Shown piece after piece: positions 1-13,080 of a DNA stretch of 46,470 bases. Position 1 is the stretch's first letter, and each line of letters starts with the position of its first letter. Source of the stretch: Atractiella rhizophila (Eukaryota). The notes under the pieces were generated by a model. The model ran no database searches, was not told where the DNA came from, and saw only the letters and a program-made list of their open reading frames with translations. The translations under genes were made by a program, and so were the position numbers. The stretch lies in contig MU271281.1 in the NCBI GenBank assembly GCA_021432655.1, positions 62,001-108,470 of the forward strand. The letters run 5' to 3'.

Positions 1-533
1 ACGGTCGTATTCGAGGAAGCTAGAGACAGAGGCAGATATGCTGGGCTTAGAGGTACCTAGCATCCATTTCAGTATGCCGAGTTTGAAATGCTGAATCATA
101 CTGGCAGGTCATGGCTAAAGCAGGATACCATCCTCAAGCCGCTGTTGTCGTATGGGAGATTCTTAATGAGATGGATCAGGAGTTGCACAGCCATGGAAAC
201 GGCCAATCACTTGCAGACAAACTTCCGTTCCTTCGATCTCATCCACCAGGGCCAGAGCGAATCCAGGTAAGTTATTCGTCCACATTTCCCCTTCGGGCTG
301 AGCTAACCGGATAATAGAACATTGAGAAACACATGCCAATAGCAATGAAGCTGTTCGACGAGTACCAAGCGAAGAACCGCCCAAAACAACTGCCAAAAGA
401 GATGCATTCCCTTCCAACCCCGAATGAGATGGCAAAGAGTGCTACGAGCGAGATTAGGAAGTTGAACAAGACCGACTCCAAATCCGACGACTCTCAGCAA
501 TCCCAGACTCCAGACACAGTCGAGAAGCGGTGA
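1..533 (+). CDS. OMA1: M48-family metallopeptidase (Oma1-like), 3' end
   Basis: Exons 1-52, 108-266 and 318-533, joined by GT-AG introns, give RSYSRKLETEADMLGLEVMAKAGYHPQAAVVVWE...FLRSHP...ERIQNIEKHMP. SRxxExEAD and FLxxHP are M48 C-terminal motifs. The HExxH site lies outside the window. Confidence 0.85.
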
Positions 534-734
534 GAATCATCAAGATCAATGTACATACGCTCGTAGTTCGCACCGTGTTGATTGTTATCATTATTTTCCC
601 TGGACGCCTCTCAAATCCATGAGACCTTCCATTGGCAGGCTCCAATCTACATTGCAACAACAGCTTCGTAACTCAAGCAAGTAACCAAATAATCCAAAGT
701 GCCGCAAGCACAGGGAGAGCAATATTCAAACGAA

Positions 735-3700
735 TTAAGCTACAATAAAATCTTTATCGTCTTTCAACTGTTGGTAGAGAGCTCCCATTAGTATGAATTC
801 AGAATTGTAAACACAGAACCCAGTGTGTTTTTGGAGCAGGCCATCCCAAAGTGCTCTATCCTCTTCGCAGGAGATGAGGAACGAGTCTTTATCTATCAGT
901 TTCTGAACGATCCGCAAACTTGGCGTTTCCGTTTTGACCTATTAGAAACATGAGGAAATTATTGACAGACAAGGAAACAAACGAACCGTTCCACTTGCTG
1001 CTTTAATAATCTTGCTCAGAATGGCATGGTCGGGCTTGACATTTTTTGTGATATACACCGTTTTGCCCTTGAAAAATCCGCCTTTTTGAGATTTCTGCAG
1101 CGACTCTTTCAAGTTCATTTTGAACTTCTTTTCTCCGTCTGGGTCATGAAGTAGATACGCATCCTCCTCTGTCGCTCCATGAATTCCGGTATCGGATGTT
1201 GGAGGAAGAAGACTCACCAAGCCAAACCTTGTGTTTTAAAGAATCGTTCATCCATTTCTCAGTCACGATGTAAGCACCTCCCTGGGCAAGCGCACATAGA
1301 AACTTTTCGGTCCGCGAGATTGCATTGGTAATCAAATGGGTTGCCTCAGCAGCATCTTCTGTCTTTTTCGCTTTGAGCCCTTTGAGTGCCTGTACGCAAG
1401 TCAGATGTCGAGAATGAAGACGCTAATGCGACGCACTTTCGTTTGGTCAGCGGAGAGAGTGACGCCAGTCGTGCAAATTTTTATCGGCTTTCCGGCTGCT
1501 GAGACATGCGAGACCTTTACTTTCGGTGCTTCTCTTGGTTTCCTATTCACACATAGTCAGGTCTTTTCAAAATGACGGTGTTGCAACGTACCCAGGTGGT
1601 GCATCGAAAGAAGAGTAATCCTGTGACTTCTCAGGTTTTTTCTTCCCTGAACTTCGCAGCTCTTCTGTTCTGGAGACTACCGCCTTCTTGGACTTTATGA
1701 CGAGCTTCTCATCTGATTTTCCATCCTTCTCTTCCTCCGGAGAGACAGCTCGCTTCTTCCCTTTCCGCGAGACTGGAATAGGGTCCGCCTCATCTGGCTC
1801 CTCATCTTCCGCCCACTTGTGCTTCGTGGTGCGCCTGCTGATAGATTGTTTCTTCAGTGGAGCGGTGATTGAGAGTTCATCTTCCACGTCTTCCTCAGGA
1901 GCGGAGGCAGCCGTTTTCTTCTCCCGCACCTTCGTTTTGGTTTTAGATCGGGATTCTTCGACCTCTTCATCCCCTTCGACGCTCTTTCGTTTCTTCGACG
2001 ACTTCGCTTTCTGCTCCATGATCACGTCATCTGCATCTGCATCCTCATCGATGCTCTTCTTCCGACTAACTCTCTGCTTCGGTTTCAATTTCAACTCATC
2101 CTTCTCCTTCTTCCCTCTTTTCTTCTCCCCATCAGCCATCTCGACATCGTCATCCCGCTTCTCTTCCACCGCTGGCGGACGAGGTGGATCAACCTGCATG
2201 ACTTCATCATCGAACTCTTCTGCGCGAGACGGTTTCCGCTTCTTCTTCGCTCTCTCATCTCTGCTCGCGATTGGAGTCTTCTCCCGTTCGTCCTCCTCAC
2301 TGTCGTCTTCATTACGCCGCCGCTTCCTCTCCGTATTCCCGTTACTCTCCACAAGTCGCTCCTTCCGCTTACTCCCATACACTTTGCCTTTTTTTCCCAC
2401 ACTACCTCCCTCATCCGCCACGAAACTTGGAACTCGCCCGTCCAATGCACCATCATGCGGGTTGAGGTTGACGCCGCTTTCTTCTACATCCATGGGTATT
2501 CCTTCAAGAGCAGAACGAAGAAATCGAAGTGCTTTCTCCCTCTCCTTCTTCACATCTTCCATCTCCGCCCACCGCTGGATGGCTTCAGAAGTCAAAAGTT
2601 TGCTCTCCATCAAATGAATATCATTCAAGCCATCCCCAAAAGTCGTAAAAGGATCATTGGCGAAATGGACCTCTTTCCAGTAAAGGAAGCACTCCTGAAG
2701 CCACAAGTGGTTAATGACGGGTTGGCCCCAGTCAGATGCATGAAGAACTTTCTTCCCATGTTTCCTGTTCACGAATCACGCGTCAACGAATGTTGCTTGA
2801 AAAGGACACGACGAACTTGCTGGCGATGACGTGAGTTGTGAGCTTCGACATAGCACCTTCAAACTTTCCGCCTAAAGCTTCGATGATCCTCTTCACATAA
2901 TCGCGACAGATGGTCGTATAGTTAGATACCGTGAATTTCTAGCACACCTCTTCAGCCAAAGAAACAGTCTCAGATACTGAGAGAAAGCCTACGTAGTCTT
3001 TAAACTTCTTCAACCCATTTGGAGGCAACGGGAAGAGCAACAATCCCTCAAGCGGATTCCTGAAAACTCCATTCCCACAAATCTCATACAGCCAAGTCAA
3101 ATTACCGATCGTCTTCGCCGGTTTTGCCTCAAGGGCAGTCCAGAACTCCCAATCTTCCCTCCGCCAACAAATGACTATATCGCTCTCCTCCAACGCCTTC
3201 TTCCTCCCCTTCACATCCGTCAAGAGAGCTCCGACAGTGCACCGCGAAGCTGCGCACGACATGACCATGCTCTCAATAGCTCCAAGCATCCCCTCGCGAA
3301 TGTCCACCGTCGAGGAAATATAGACCTTTTTGCCCACCAACACGTCGTTCCCACTGGACACTCGCGGAGGCTGCATGATGCTCGATGTAGACCTCAACGG
3401 TCGGGGGGACAGGTCAGCGACTGATTCCGCGACACCAGTGGCAGCGGAAGCGGCGCGCAGGTTTCGATCGTCGTTCCCCGCCGAGGTGTTCGGATTCACC
3501 CTTTCCACGTCTTCTCCCCAGTGGCCGGTCCGGAAACGGTAGGCTTTGATGCTGGAGAGATGACGTTCGAGAGCATGCGTTACGGTGTCTATTTGGACAG
3601 CGGAAGAGGACGGAGTTGGACGTGTAGCGGACGAGGCGGGATGGAGAAGAGGGGGAGAGGGATGCTCGTATTCTGTTGTTGGAAGAAGTGAACGCACTGT

Positions 3701-6700
3701 GAGACAGTCGTCGATCCTGAACCAGTCCTTCCTTAGAACAATGAAAAAGAGAGAGTGGCGGACTGACCAGTGTGGGAGAACAGCTTTCATTCCATACTGC
3801 TGACCAGTGCTCATTACACGCTCATACTTTGCCTACGTTCATCTCGGTAACCCATTATTTTTCTTCCCTGAACTTCGCAGCTCTTCTGTTCTGGAGACTA
3901 CCGCCTTCTTGGACTTTATGACGAGCTTCTCATCTGATTTTCCATCCTTCTCGTCCTCGGGAGAGACAGCTCGCTTCTTCCCTTTCCGCGAGACTGGAAT
4001 AGGGTCCGCCTCATCTGGCTCCTCATCTTCCGCCCACTTGTGCTTCGTGGTGCGCCTGCTGATAGATTGTTTCTTCAGTGGAGCGGTGATTGAGAGTTCA
4101 TCTTCCACGTCTTCCTCAGGAGCGGAGGCAGCCGTTTTCTTCTCCCGCACCTTCGTTTTGGTTTTAGATCGGGATTCTTCGACCTCTTCATCCCCTTCGA
4201 CGCTCTTTCGCTTCTTCGACGACTTCGCTTTCTGCTCCATGATCACGTCATGTGCCTCTGCATCCTCATCGATGCTCTTCTTCCGACTAGCTCTCTGCTT
4301 CGGTTTCAATTTCAACTCATCCTTCTCCTTCTTCCCTCGTTTGTTCTTCTCCCCATCAGCCATCTCGACATCGTCATCCCGCTTCTCTTCCACCGCTGGC
4401 GGACGAGGTGGATCAACCTGCATGACTTCATCATCGAACTCTTCTGCGCGAGACGGTTTCCGCTTCTTCTTCGCTCTCTCATCTCTGCTCGCGATTGGAG
4501 TCTTCTCCCGTTCGTCCTCCTCACTGTCGTCTTCATTACGCCGCCGCTTCCTTTCCATATTCCCATTACTGTCCGCAAGCCGGTCCTTCCGCTTACTCCC
4601 ATACACTTTGCCTTTTTTTCCCACACTACCTCCCTCATCCGCCACGAAACTTGGAACTCGCCCGTCCAATGCACCATCATGCGGGTTGAGGTTGACGCCG
4701 CTTTCTTCTACATCCATGGGTATTCCTTCAAGAGCAGAACGAAGAAATCGAAGTGCTTTCTCCCTCTCCTTCTTCACATCTTCCATCTCCGCCCACCGCT
4801 GGATGGCTTCAGAAGTCAAAAGTTTGCTCTCCATCAAATGAATATCATTCAAGCCATCCCCAAAAGTCGTAAAAGGATCATTGGCGAAATGGACCTCTTT
4901 CCAGTAAAGGAAGCACTCCTGAAGCCACAAGTGGTTAATGACGGGTTGGCCCCAGTCAGATGCATGAAGAACTTTCTTCCCATGTTTCCTGTTCACGAAT
5001 CACGCGTCAACGAATGTTGCTTGAAAAGGACACGACGAACTTGCTGGCGATGACGTGAGTTGTGAGCTTCGACATAGCACCTTCAAACTTTCCGCCTAAA
5101 GCTTCGATGATCCTCTTCACATAATCGCGACAGATGGTCGTATAGTTAGATACCGTGAATTTCTAGCACACCTCTTCAGCCAAAGAAACAGTCTCAGATA
5201 CTGAGAGAAAGCCTACGTAGTCTTTAAACTTCTTCAACCCATTTGGAGGCAACGGGAAGAGCAACAATCCCTCAAGGGGATTCCTGAAAACTCCATTCCC
5301 ACAAATCTCATACAGCCAAGTCAAATTACCGATCGTCTTCGCCGGTTTTGCCTCAAGGGCAGTCCAGAACTCCCAATCTTCCCTCCGCCAACAAATGACT
5401 ATATCGCTCTCCTCCAACGCCTTCTTCCTCCCCTTCACATCCGTCAAGAGAGCTCCGACCGTGCACCGTGACGCTGCGCACGACATGACCATGCTCTCAA
5501 TAGCTCCAAGCATCCCCTCTCGAATGTCCACCGTCGAGGAAATATAGACCTTTTTGCCTACCAACACGTCGTTCCCACTGGGCACTCGTGGAGGCTGCAT
5601 GATGCTCGATGTAGACCTCAACGGCCGGGGGGACAGGTCAGCAACTGATTCCGCGACACCAGTGGCAGCGGAAGCGGCGCGCAGGTTTCGATCGTCGTTC
5701 CCCGCCGAAGTGTTCGGATTCACCCGTTCCACGTCTTCTCCCCAGTGGCCGGTCCGGAAACGGTAGGCTTTGATGCTGGAGAGATGACGTTCGAGCGCAT
5801 GCGTTACGGTGTCTATTTGGACAGCGGAAGAGGACGGAGTTGGACGTGTAGCGGATGAGGCGGGATGGAGAAGCGGCGGAGAGGGATGCTCGTATTCTGT
5901 TGTTGGAAGAAGTGAACGCACTGTGAGACAGTCGTCGATCCTGAACCGGTCCTTCCTTAGAACAATGTCAAAGGGAGAGTGGGGGACTGACCAGTGTGGG
6001 AGAACAGCTTTCATCCCATACTGCTGACCAGTGCTCATAACACGCTCATACTTTGCCTACGTTCATCTCGGCAACCCATTCCCAGAACAACAATCTCACA
6101 GAAACGACGTACAGTGCCAGGCTTCAAAACGATCAAATGCGTCACTTCCCGCGTCAATTCATTCTTCCACCAACCCCCTAGCGCGGACACCCCAGCCTTT
6201 ATTGCTTCGCTATCGCCCGGTGTAAGGTCTGAGGTGCAGATACACACCCCAGAGAAGACAGCTGCGGGAGAGGGCGAATAGTATCTCCTACTGCCATCCG
6301 GACAAAATGCAATTCAGTTGACGCTGGAAGGATGCGGAGCAAAAGAGACAAACTCTTGTAAGGATTCTAGGTCGTACGACCGCGTTATCCAGAAAGGCTA
6401 ACTCACCGTTGCAGCGAAAGACGGTCTTAAACCAAATAGGAGGAACGCACCGTGACGAGTCGTGGACCTTCTGAGTCCGAAGTATCCTCCGCTTCACTCT
6501 TGAGCAATGCATTGAGCCTATCAAACTCCGTCTTATCCAACACCTCCGTAAAGTAATGGGTGATCTGCTTCAGATCAAACCCTTCCTTCTCCTTCTCGTC
6601 TGCGACATTTTCAGCTCCCAGTGATGTGAGCAGTTGACATAGCTATCCCATCAGCGCATACCTAACTTCAGACGCGCTTCCTGTAAGCAGTGGAAGCAAG

Positions 6701-6823
6701 GCATACCGTAGTCCGCGTCTTCGAGTCTAGAGCTGGTGAGAAGTAAAAGTTGACTCCTCTGAAGAGCTCCTTGTGCTTGTAAGCCTGAACAGAGGGAAGT
6801 ATCCTGTCCAACCCGTAATCCAT
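735..6823 (-). CDS. RTT107: Multi-BRCT DNA-damage scaffold (Rtt107/Brc1-like), interrupted by an internal 2.2-kb tandem duplication
   Basis: ATG at 6823 (MDYGLDRILPSVQAYKHKELFRGVNFYFSPAL). BRCT-like exons include AGVSALGG..EVTHLIV, AVLPHW, GNLTWLY and VINHLWLQEC, followed by a long K/E-rich linker. The C-terminal BRCT pair reads ICTTG...ATHLITNAISRTEKFLCAL..IVTEKW and FKGKTVYIT..IIKAASG..VYNSEFILMGALYQQL, ending at TAA 735. Confidence 0.85.
1637..6080. repeat. Direct tandem duplication: 1637-3856 and 3858-6080
   Basis: Copies align end to end, offset 2221 before and 2224 after a 3-bp indel, with scattered SNPs. Junction is aacccatt-a-tttttcttcc at 3849-3867. Confidence 0.97.
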
Positions 6824-6954
6824 CCTCAATCTCTGCCTTGTCCTTCGTCGCGTTTCTTCGCCCGAAATGACTCACAACGCATATTTACATCACGTGCCTT
6901 AAGAACGCGCTCAAAACAACCAAACGTCGAGGGAATACCGATAAAGATAATAAG
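6824..6954. promoter_or_regulatory. Very short divergent (bidirectional) promoter between RTT107 and NDC80
   Basis: 131 bp between opposing ATGs. Contains CGCG cores (tcgcgt ~6848, acgcgc ~6905) and CACGTG at 6891. Confidence 0.5.
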
Positions 6955-9412
6955 ATGGACAGAAGACAAACGATCAATCCAGGCGCCTCAGTGCCCATGC
7001 CCTCCTCCGTCCTCCGCTCCCAAATTCCCCAAGCACGCTCACGCCAGTCCCTCGCGCCAAATCAGCCATTCGCCCCTCAACTTGGGGCATCCACTTCTGC
7101 TGCTGTCTCCGGGCCATCTCGCGGGCGACAGAGCGTGCTTCCTGGTGCTGAACTCAGACCACCGGCCACTGTGGGACGCTTAGGCAGCTATGGACGCGGT
7201 ATGATGGGTGGATTGGGCGATCAGAGCTTGGTCATGAGCGTGGGCAGACAAGGGATAATGGCTAGTTCGAGGAGAGGGGCTGGTGGGGTCTCGTACGTCG
7301 CTTATTCGTTTTTATTTTATGAGGTGAGGGAATTGAGAATTGTTCGGTGACTAGAAACACTCCGTTCAAAGGGCGTCAATCGCTTGCTCCCGCTTCTTTT
7401 GCTCCTCAGATACGAGTCACGAAAGATCCACGTCCTAAAGACAAGACAGCAAGTGCGAACAATATTCTGGACTATCTGCTTGGCCGAGGTTATCAAGACT
7501 CGCCCTTGACGCTCAAGACGCTGCTCCAACCGACAACAAAGGATTTTCAACTCATTTTCAAGTTCCTAGCTTCTAGATTGAATCCTTCCCAGAGGAATGG
7601 GGGCTTTGGAGGACAAGGAAAGAAGTGGGAAGACGAGGTCGTGCCTTGGTTGAAGACGAATGGTTATCCCTTTGCGGATACGATTACAAAGTCTCATTTG
7701 CAGGCAGTGGGGAGTATGCACGCTTGGCCCAACTTTTTAGCCATGCTGGATTGGCTAGTTAGCGTCCTCAAAGTTCGTTTTCCTCTTCCAATCTCCTCTT
7801 CCTCGAAAGTAGATTTAATGCGGAATCATGATGGTTTAGGTGCACGAGCAGATTTTCGAAGCTTCTTCCCTCAACGTCTTCCACGCAAACTCTAACCCAG
7901 ATATCACTCTCCCACCGCGCGAGTTTGCTAACGAACTCGAAGAGCGAGAGTGGATGTCGGTCGAAAACTGGGTCGGATACCTCTTCCAAACCTATCCCGA
8001 GTTTCTCGCCTCCGACGACTTTGATGTGTCCGCCGAGAAGGCCATTCTCCTCGAAAAATACGAGGCTCAATATGTTTATGTGAAGGAGGAGAATGAAAGA
8101 GATATGGAGGTGGTGGAAAAGATGGAGAGGGGAAATAAGGACCTGGAACGGGATGATGGAAGTTTGAAGGAGTTGAGGGAGAAGGAGAAGCTCATTGAGA
8201 GGGACCTACGCAAATTCGAGACGTACAAACAGCAGAGTATGGACTTTGTCAAGCAGTGGGCGGAACAGGCTCCAAAGATGTTCAAACAGCTCGAAGACGC
8301 AGGTCCGGCTTTCCCTCCCTTTTTTGTCATTTCTGACGAAAACGTTTTACTGCAGAGAAAGAAATTGCCAACAAACGAGCTGTCCACAACGACCTCGCAC
8401 GACGAGTAGAAGCCCAGAACTTGTCTCAACTCGAAGTTCAATCCATGACGGCCGAGCAATCTTCCCTGAAGTCCTCTCTCCATGCAACCCAAATCCAGAC
8501 GCAAGAGAAATGTTCCCTTGTGGGCGACTTAGAAGTCCGCCTTACTAGGAGCACGGATGCAGTCCGGAAACTGATCGACGGATACAATAAGCTCGTCAAT
8601 AAATTTCACCTCAACCCTCCGCCTGAGAAATGGGAGAAGAGGGGAGTATCCTTCCTGCTCGAAGATCTTGATGCGACGAAGAGGGGATATGGAGTGCTGG
8701 AGCTGGAGGAAACGGATTTGTTGAGACAGAGGTTGGGTGAGATTAAGCATGATGCTGGAAGGGAAAAACAATGAAAGAGGAGGCACTCATCGAATGCGAG
8801 GAAAAGGCACGTTTTGCACGTTTTACTTCTTGTTAAGGTGATTGACGGTCTTGCCTGTTAGGTGGAAGAACTCGATTCACGGTTCAGGGAGTTGGAGAAG
8901 GAGGTAAAAGAGGAAGGGGCGAAATTGGAAGTGCTGTTGGAAACACTGGATGAGAAGAAGAAGGTATGCGTTCTGCCCTCTCGAATTGAAGTGTTACTCA
9001 TGCATCGCAGGTGTACGAGCAAGAACACTCTTCCTCTCAGTCCAAGATTGATAAAATCCAGCGACATGTCCACGAGTTGAGGACCAACAATCCACAGAGT
9101 CGCATCTTCAATTTGGAACAAAAGATTGAGGAGGCAAAGATCAGGTAAACCCCTTCCGTTTAACTGAAGACCAAATGCTAATGTTTTGCTTGGACGGTTC
9201 ATAGGCAGAACGACGTGATTCAAGAACTCGGGGTCATTCAAAGGACTAGTGAAGCCGCATTCATGAGGCGGATAGAAACCATTGTTTTCTATTACCAAAG
9301 CCTGGAATCTGTCCGTGTCTTTCTTTTTCCTCGCCGCACAAACTGAAGCTGACTTGGGGAATAGAAAATATCAAAGATGCAACGAATGGTTGTTGAAGAT
9401 ATGAAGGCTTAA
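6955..9412 (+). CDS. NDC80: Kinetochore protein Ndc80/HEC1 (multi-exon; apparent 1-nt frameshift at ~8768)
   Basis: KDPRPKDK...LKTLLQPTTKDFQLIFKFL...WEDEVVPWLKTNGYPFADTITKSHLQAVGSMHAWPNFLAMLDWLV is the Ndc80 CH domain. A long coiled coil follows, ending at TAA 9410-9412. Confidence 0.93.
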
Positions 9413-9708
9413 CTCTGCGCTATCAGTTAATATTCTCTTCGTGCTTCCTGTCGATGACTAGGTTTCCATGCCTCTGTTTCTCTACAATTGCTTTTGCTCT
9501 GTTCTCATGTGTCGTACTATCAAGGAATATGGCGATTCTTGTTATTCAAGTTTGAACTGTTCTTATAACTAATACATGCAGCGGTACATTGAAGCCTTGA
9601 ATTGATATGAATGAGCTCGAAACCGAACAGCTTATGAGACTAAACACTCCAAATAATCAAAGGAGACGAAACAAATCGCAGAAGAGGACGAATCGAAAGG
9701 CCACAGTC

Positions 9709-12126
9709 CTACCCACTGAGGATAGGGAGAAATTGGCCACTGCATGGAGCATCATCAGGATCAAGATTCTTTCGGGGTTTTTGGGAGGGAAGAGCGTACA
9801 CGACGATTTGGGGACAGTTGAAGAGGTCCCTTTTGATGGTAAAACAGAAAGTACAAGGCACAGGTCTCTTCTTCGGCGTGAGTAGTACGCAAGTCGTCAT
9901 CACCGCCTGATCACGGAACGAGCGAGCGAACCCAACCGACCAAGTAAACAGTAAATAAAATCGCTCATGCACCTAAAAAGGAGGAACGGACCTGCGTGGT
10001 GTTCTCGAAAGCGTGCATGGCGAAAGCCTCAAAGTACTCCACCGTCGACGTGTGATCGAATATCTCGTAAATGTACTTCTTCTGTCCCAGCAACTCCTCC
10101 CGACTCCATTCCGTGAGGAGGCAGAATTCGGTTCCAACCAGGCAGAGTTCTCCGGTTCGACGGAAGAGCACGGTGGGGGTTCCGGACATCGCTATCAATT
10201 TATCGTATTCCTATTCTAGCCGATCAGAAAACCGGATGAAGCGAAGGAGGGGGAGGGGGACGGACGATGAGGGTGCGTTGGAAACAGCGCTCCACAAACA
10301 CCTCGTCTTCTTCCGTCAGCGGCATTTGGAGGGCTATCAAGCTCGGACGAAAGATAGACAGAGCGCGGACTATTCGGAGGATATCGTTTTTCTCGAAGCT
10401 GTTGCCACATCAGCATCATCTCACCCGACCTCTCCGAAGGGAGGACAAAGGGAGGGAAGGAGAAGGGACGGACTTCTCCTTCAGGTACCGAATGAGCCAA
10501 TGGTAAGCCTCTGTGTACGGATACGGCTTCGTGACCTTCCGATACACCTCTTGAGGGCTCATCACGCCCGTAGAAGAGAGAACCGGAGGGGAAACTTCTC
10601 TAGCGTTCCACGGGGGAATGAGGTTCTGATTCGTTTGTGAATTTCCTTGCGGAGGCTGAGGAGGCACCCGCATGCCGAGATTGAGGGTCGGCGAGAAGTT
10701 GGTGGGAGAGGAAGTGGGGGGCGGGAAGGCATTGGAAAAGGCCGGGGTCGGTTGCGGAGGCTGTGGTGGATAGTACGTTTGGGAGGAGGGTTGAGGGGGA
10801 TAAGTCGCGTTTGGAGGCATGGAGGGATCGGGTTGTGTGAAGGTTGGGGACGAGAAAGTTGGTTGGGCAGACGACTCGGGGAACGGAGGGGTTCTGCATC
10901 CATCCATAATCCGTCGTGTACGATTGGACATGAGTTACCATCAAACTGAAGGGTTTGGATGGGAAGGATTGGCGTACCCAGATGGATCGTTGGTCTCCCC
11001 AAAGTCGACGGGAAACCCATTCCCGCCCAACATGCTGCTCAAGATGGCATATTCCAGATTTGCGGCCTCCGATCCGAACTGTACGCCCATCGATTGGGGA
11101 TCGTACAGCTGCAAAGTGTTGGTCGGCGCCGCGCTAGGAGGCTCTGAAGCGAATGTATACTGGCTCATCGCCTCATTGGCTACCGTTGATTGGTTCGGTC
11201 CTGCGACTGGTTGTTCGAGAGACAAGGGGGTGAAGTGAGCGGAGGTTAGGGTTGTTTGGGCGGTGGGAGAGGAGAATGCGGGACACGAACCTTGGTCTGG
11301 ATTGACTTGGAAGTTGTGAGCGGCCTCGTGAGTGGGATAAGAACCCCTTCCCACCAACTCGTCCGGATAATCAGCTAGGTATTTAGCCTTCTTCCTATGT
11401 CCATCATGGCACTGTTCCGGTGTTCCTCTCTTCACACATCGTCCACACGGTCGATCTGCGACATAATCACGATCAGTCTTCTCTCAGGTTTGAGGCAGGA
11501 GAGGGAGAAAAGGAAAGACGGACCGTCATCACAAGTCAAATGAGCTTTCTGACAAGCCGCACAAGCCCTACTAGCCTTCTTCTTCCTCTCCTTCCCCGCC
11601 TCCTTCTTCCCCCTCCCCTTCTTCTCCTCCCCAACCCCGCCTCCACCTCCGCCCTGCATCTTGACTTTGACTTCCCCCTCACTAGCACGATCCAATGACG
11701 ACGTCCTACCCTCAGACGTAGTGTCCATCGCCGTATCCTCCACCCGCCGTCTCTTCCGCTGTCGTCCCTCCTCCTCCCCTTCTCCTCTTCCTCCTCCTCC
11801 ATAATCATACGCGAGAGGTCCGCTCCGATTCACCTGTTCGCTAGCCGCCGCCTGTCGAGAGAATCAGTCAATCATTCTTGCTTTTAGATGACGCGACTGA
11901 CCAAAGCCTGCAAGAACGATCCTTCCTCGTCCCGCTCCAACCCCATCCCTTCGCCCGGACTCGGGTTGGGATTCGCGTTCGAGTTCGGGACAGGAGTCGG
12001 TTTGATCAGTTTAAGGTTGGAGCCGATGGACGCAGGGGTCGGGAAGGCGTCGAAGGAGGGATGTTCGGCCATCCCAAACATGACCGAACTGCTCGACCCG
12101 TTCCCGTTCCCGTTCCCGGGGTTGGG

Positions 12127-12159
<33 letters not shown>

Positions 12160-12402
12160 CGTGGCGTGGAGAGAGGGAGAATGGTAGGCGTACGCGTCGA
12201 GGTCGGGGACGTTCCGTGGAAGCCGTCCCCCGCTGGTGAGGCTGATGTTGGAGGGGTCGTCGTATGCGGAGTGGGGATGGGTCGTGCTAGCGGTGGTGCG
12301 ACGACGACTGCTCGTTGTGGAGGTTGTGGAGAGAGACATGGGACTGGGAGCGAGGAGGGAGGGGTCGATGCCTGAGCATTCGTCGAGGGTGAATGAGAAC
12401 AT
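9709..12402 (-). CDS. ERT1: Zn2Cys6 transcription factor with C-terminal PAS domain (Ert1/AcuK gluconeogenesis-activator type); start uncertain (12402 or 12339)
   Basis: KKASRACAACQKAHLTCDD|RPCGRCVKRG..CHDGHRKKAKYL; FGSEAANLEYAILSSML; VYRKVTKPYPYTEAYH; SGTPTVLFRRTGE...CTFCFTIKRDLFNCPQIVV-GQFLPIL. Confidence 0.85.
12103..12158. repeat. Coding hexamer microsatellites (CCGTTC)n and (GCTGTT)n giving NSNSNS/GNGNGN on the minus strand
   Basis: Directly visible repeats within the N-terminal low-complexity part of the ERT1-like gene. Confidence 0.85.
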
Positions 12403-13080
12403 GTTTCCATCAACACAACAAGATGGTGTCGACAGTCGTGGGAAAGATAATGGCGAAGTAGGAGAAAAGGAAGAGGGAGAAGAAAGGGATGGGGAAAGAA
12501 GGAAAGACGCACAGTGATGAAAATGAAACGCTGAGATTTGACGTTGAGAATGTGTCGGACGACCTTGTGGACTGAATGAAGTCCCGCTTTGGATGCGATG
12601 CTCCCTTCAAACTTGACTTTCCAAATGCAAATTCCATCCAAAGTCGGGGCGACCAATTCTTTCATCCGCCAGCCGTAATATACACCTCGAGCTACTGCAG
12701 TCAATTTTCCAGCGAATTCCGAGCGTATTCGAGATGGAAGGCGAGAGACGACAGCCAATTGTGATGGACGAGTTACCGGAAGTGGTTTTGCCGGAGCTTT
12801 CACTAAATCCGTAGTGCCTGAATTCGCTGCCCAGAAGACCAGCTGTCTGCTGTCTGCAGCTGAATGAGGGACGCAACAAGGAATACTGAGGCTGCTGATG
12901 GCGATAAAGATGGTCAGCTCGCAAATAGGCTCACGGGGTCAAATTTTGCATCTCACGTGATTTGGAGCTTGGGAATTTGAAACATAAAGACATGAATCAT
13001 CGGAGGTTCCGACGCTAGCCGATCCATCAAAAAGCCACACAGGCGAGAGAAGAAGAGATAAGATACGGATAGGATATAAG

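Noticed and set aside
1688..5053. Long plus-strand S/F-rich ORFs (309, 344 and 267 aa)
   Set aside because: Antisense shadows of the K/E-rich RTT107 linker.
12006..12803. 265-aa minus-strand ORF overlapping the ERT1 5' region
   Set aside because: Alternate frame through low-complexity repeats, with no domain signal.
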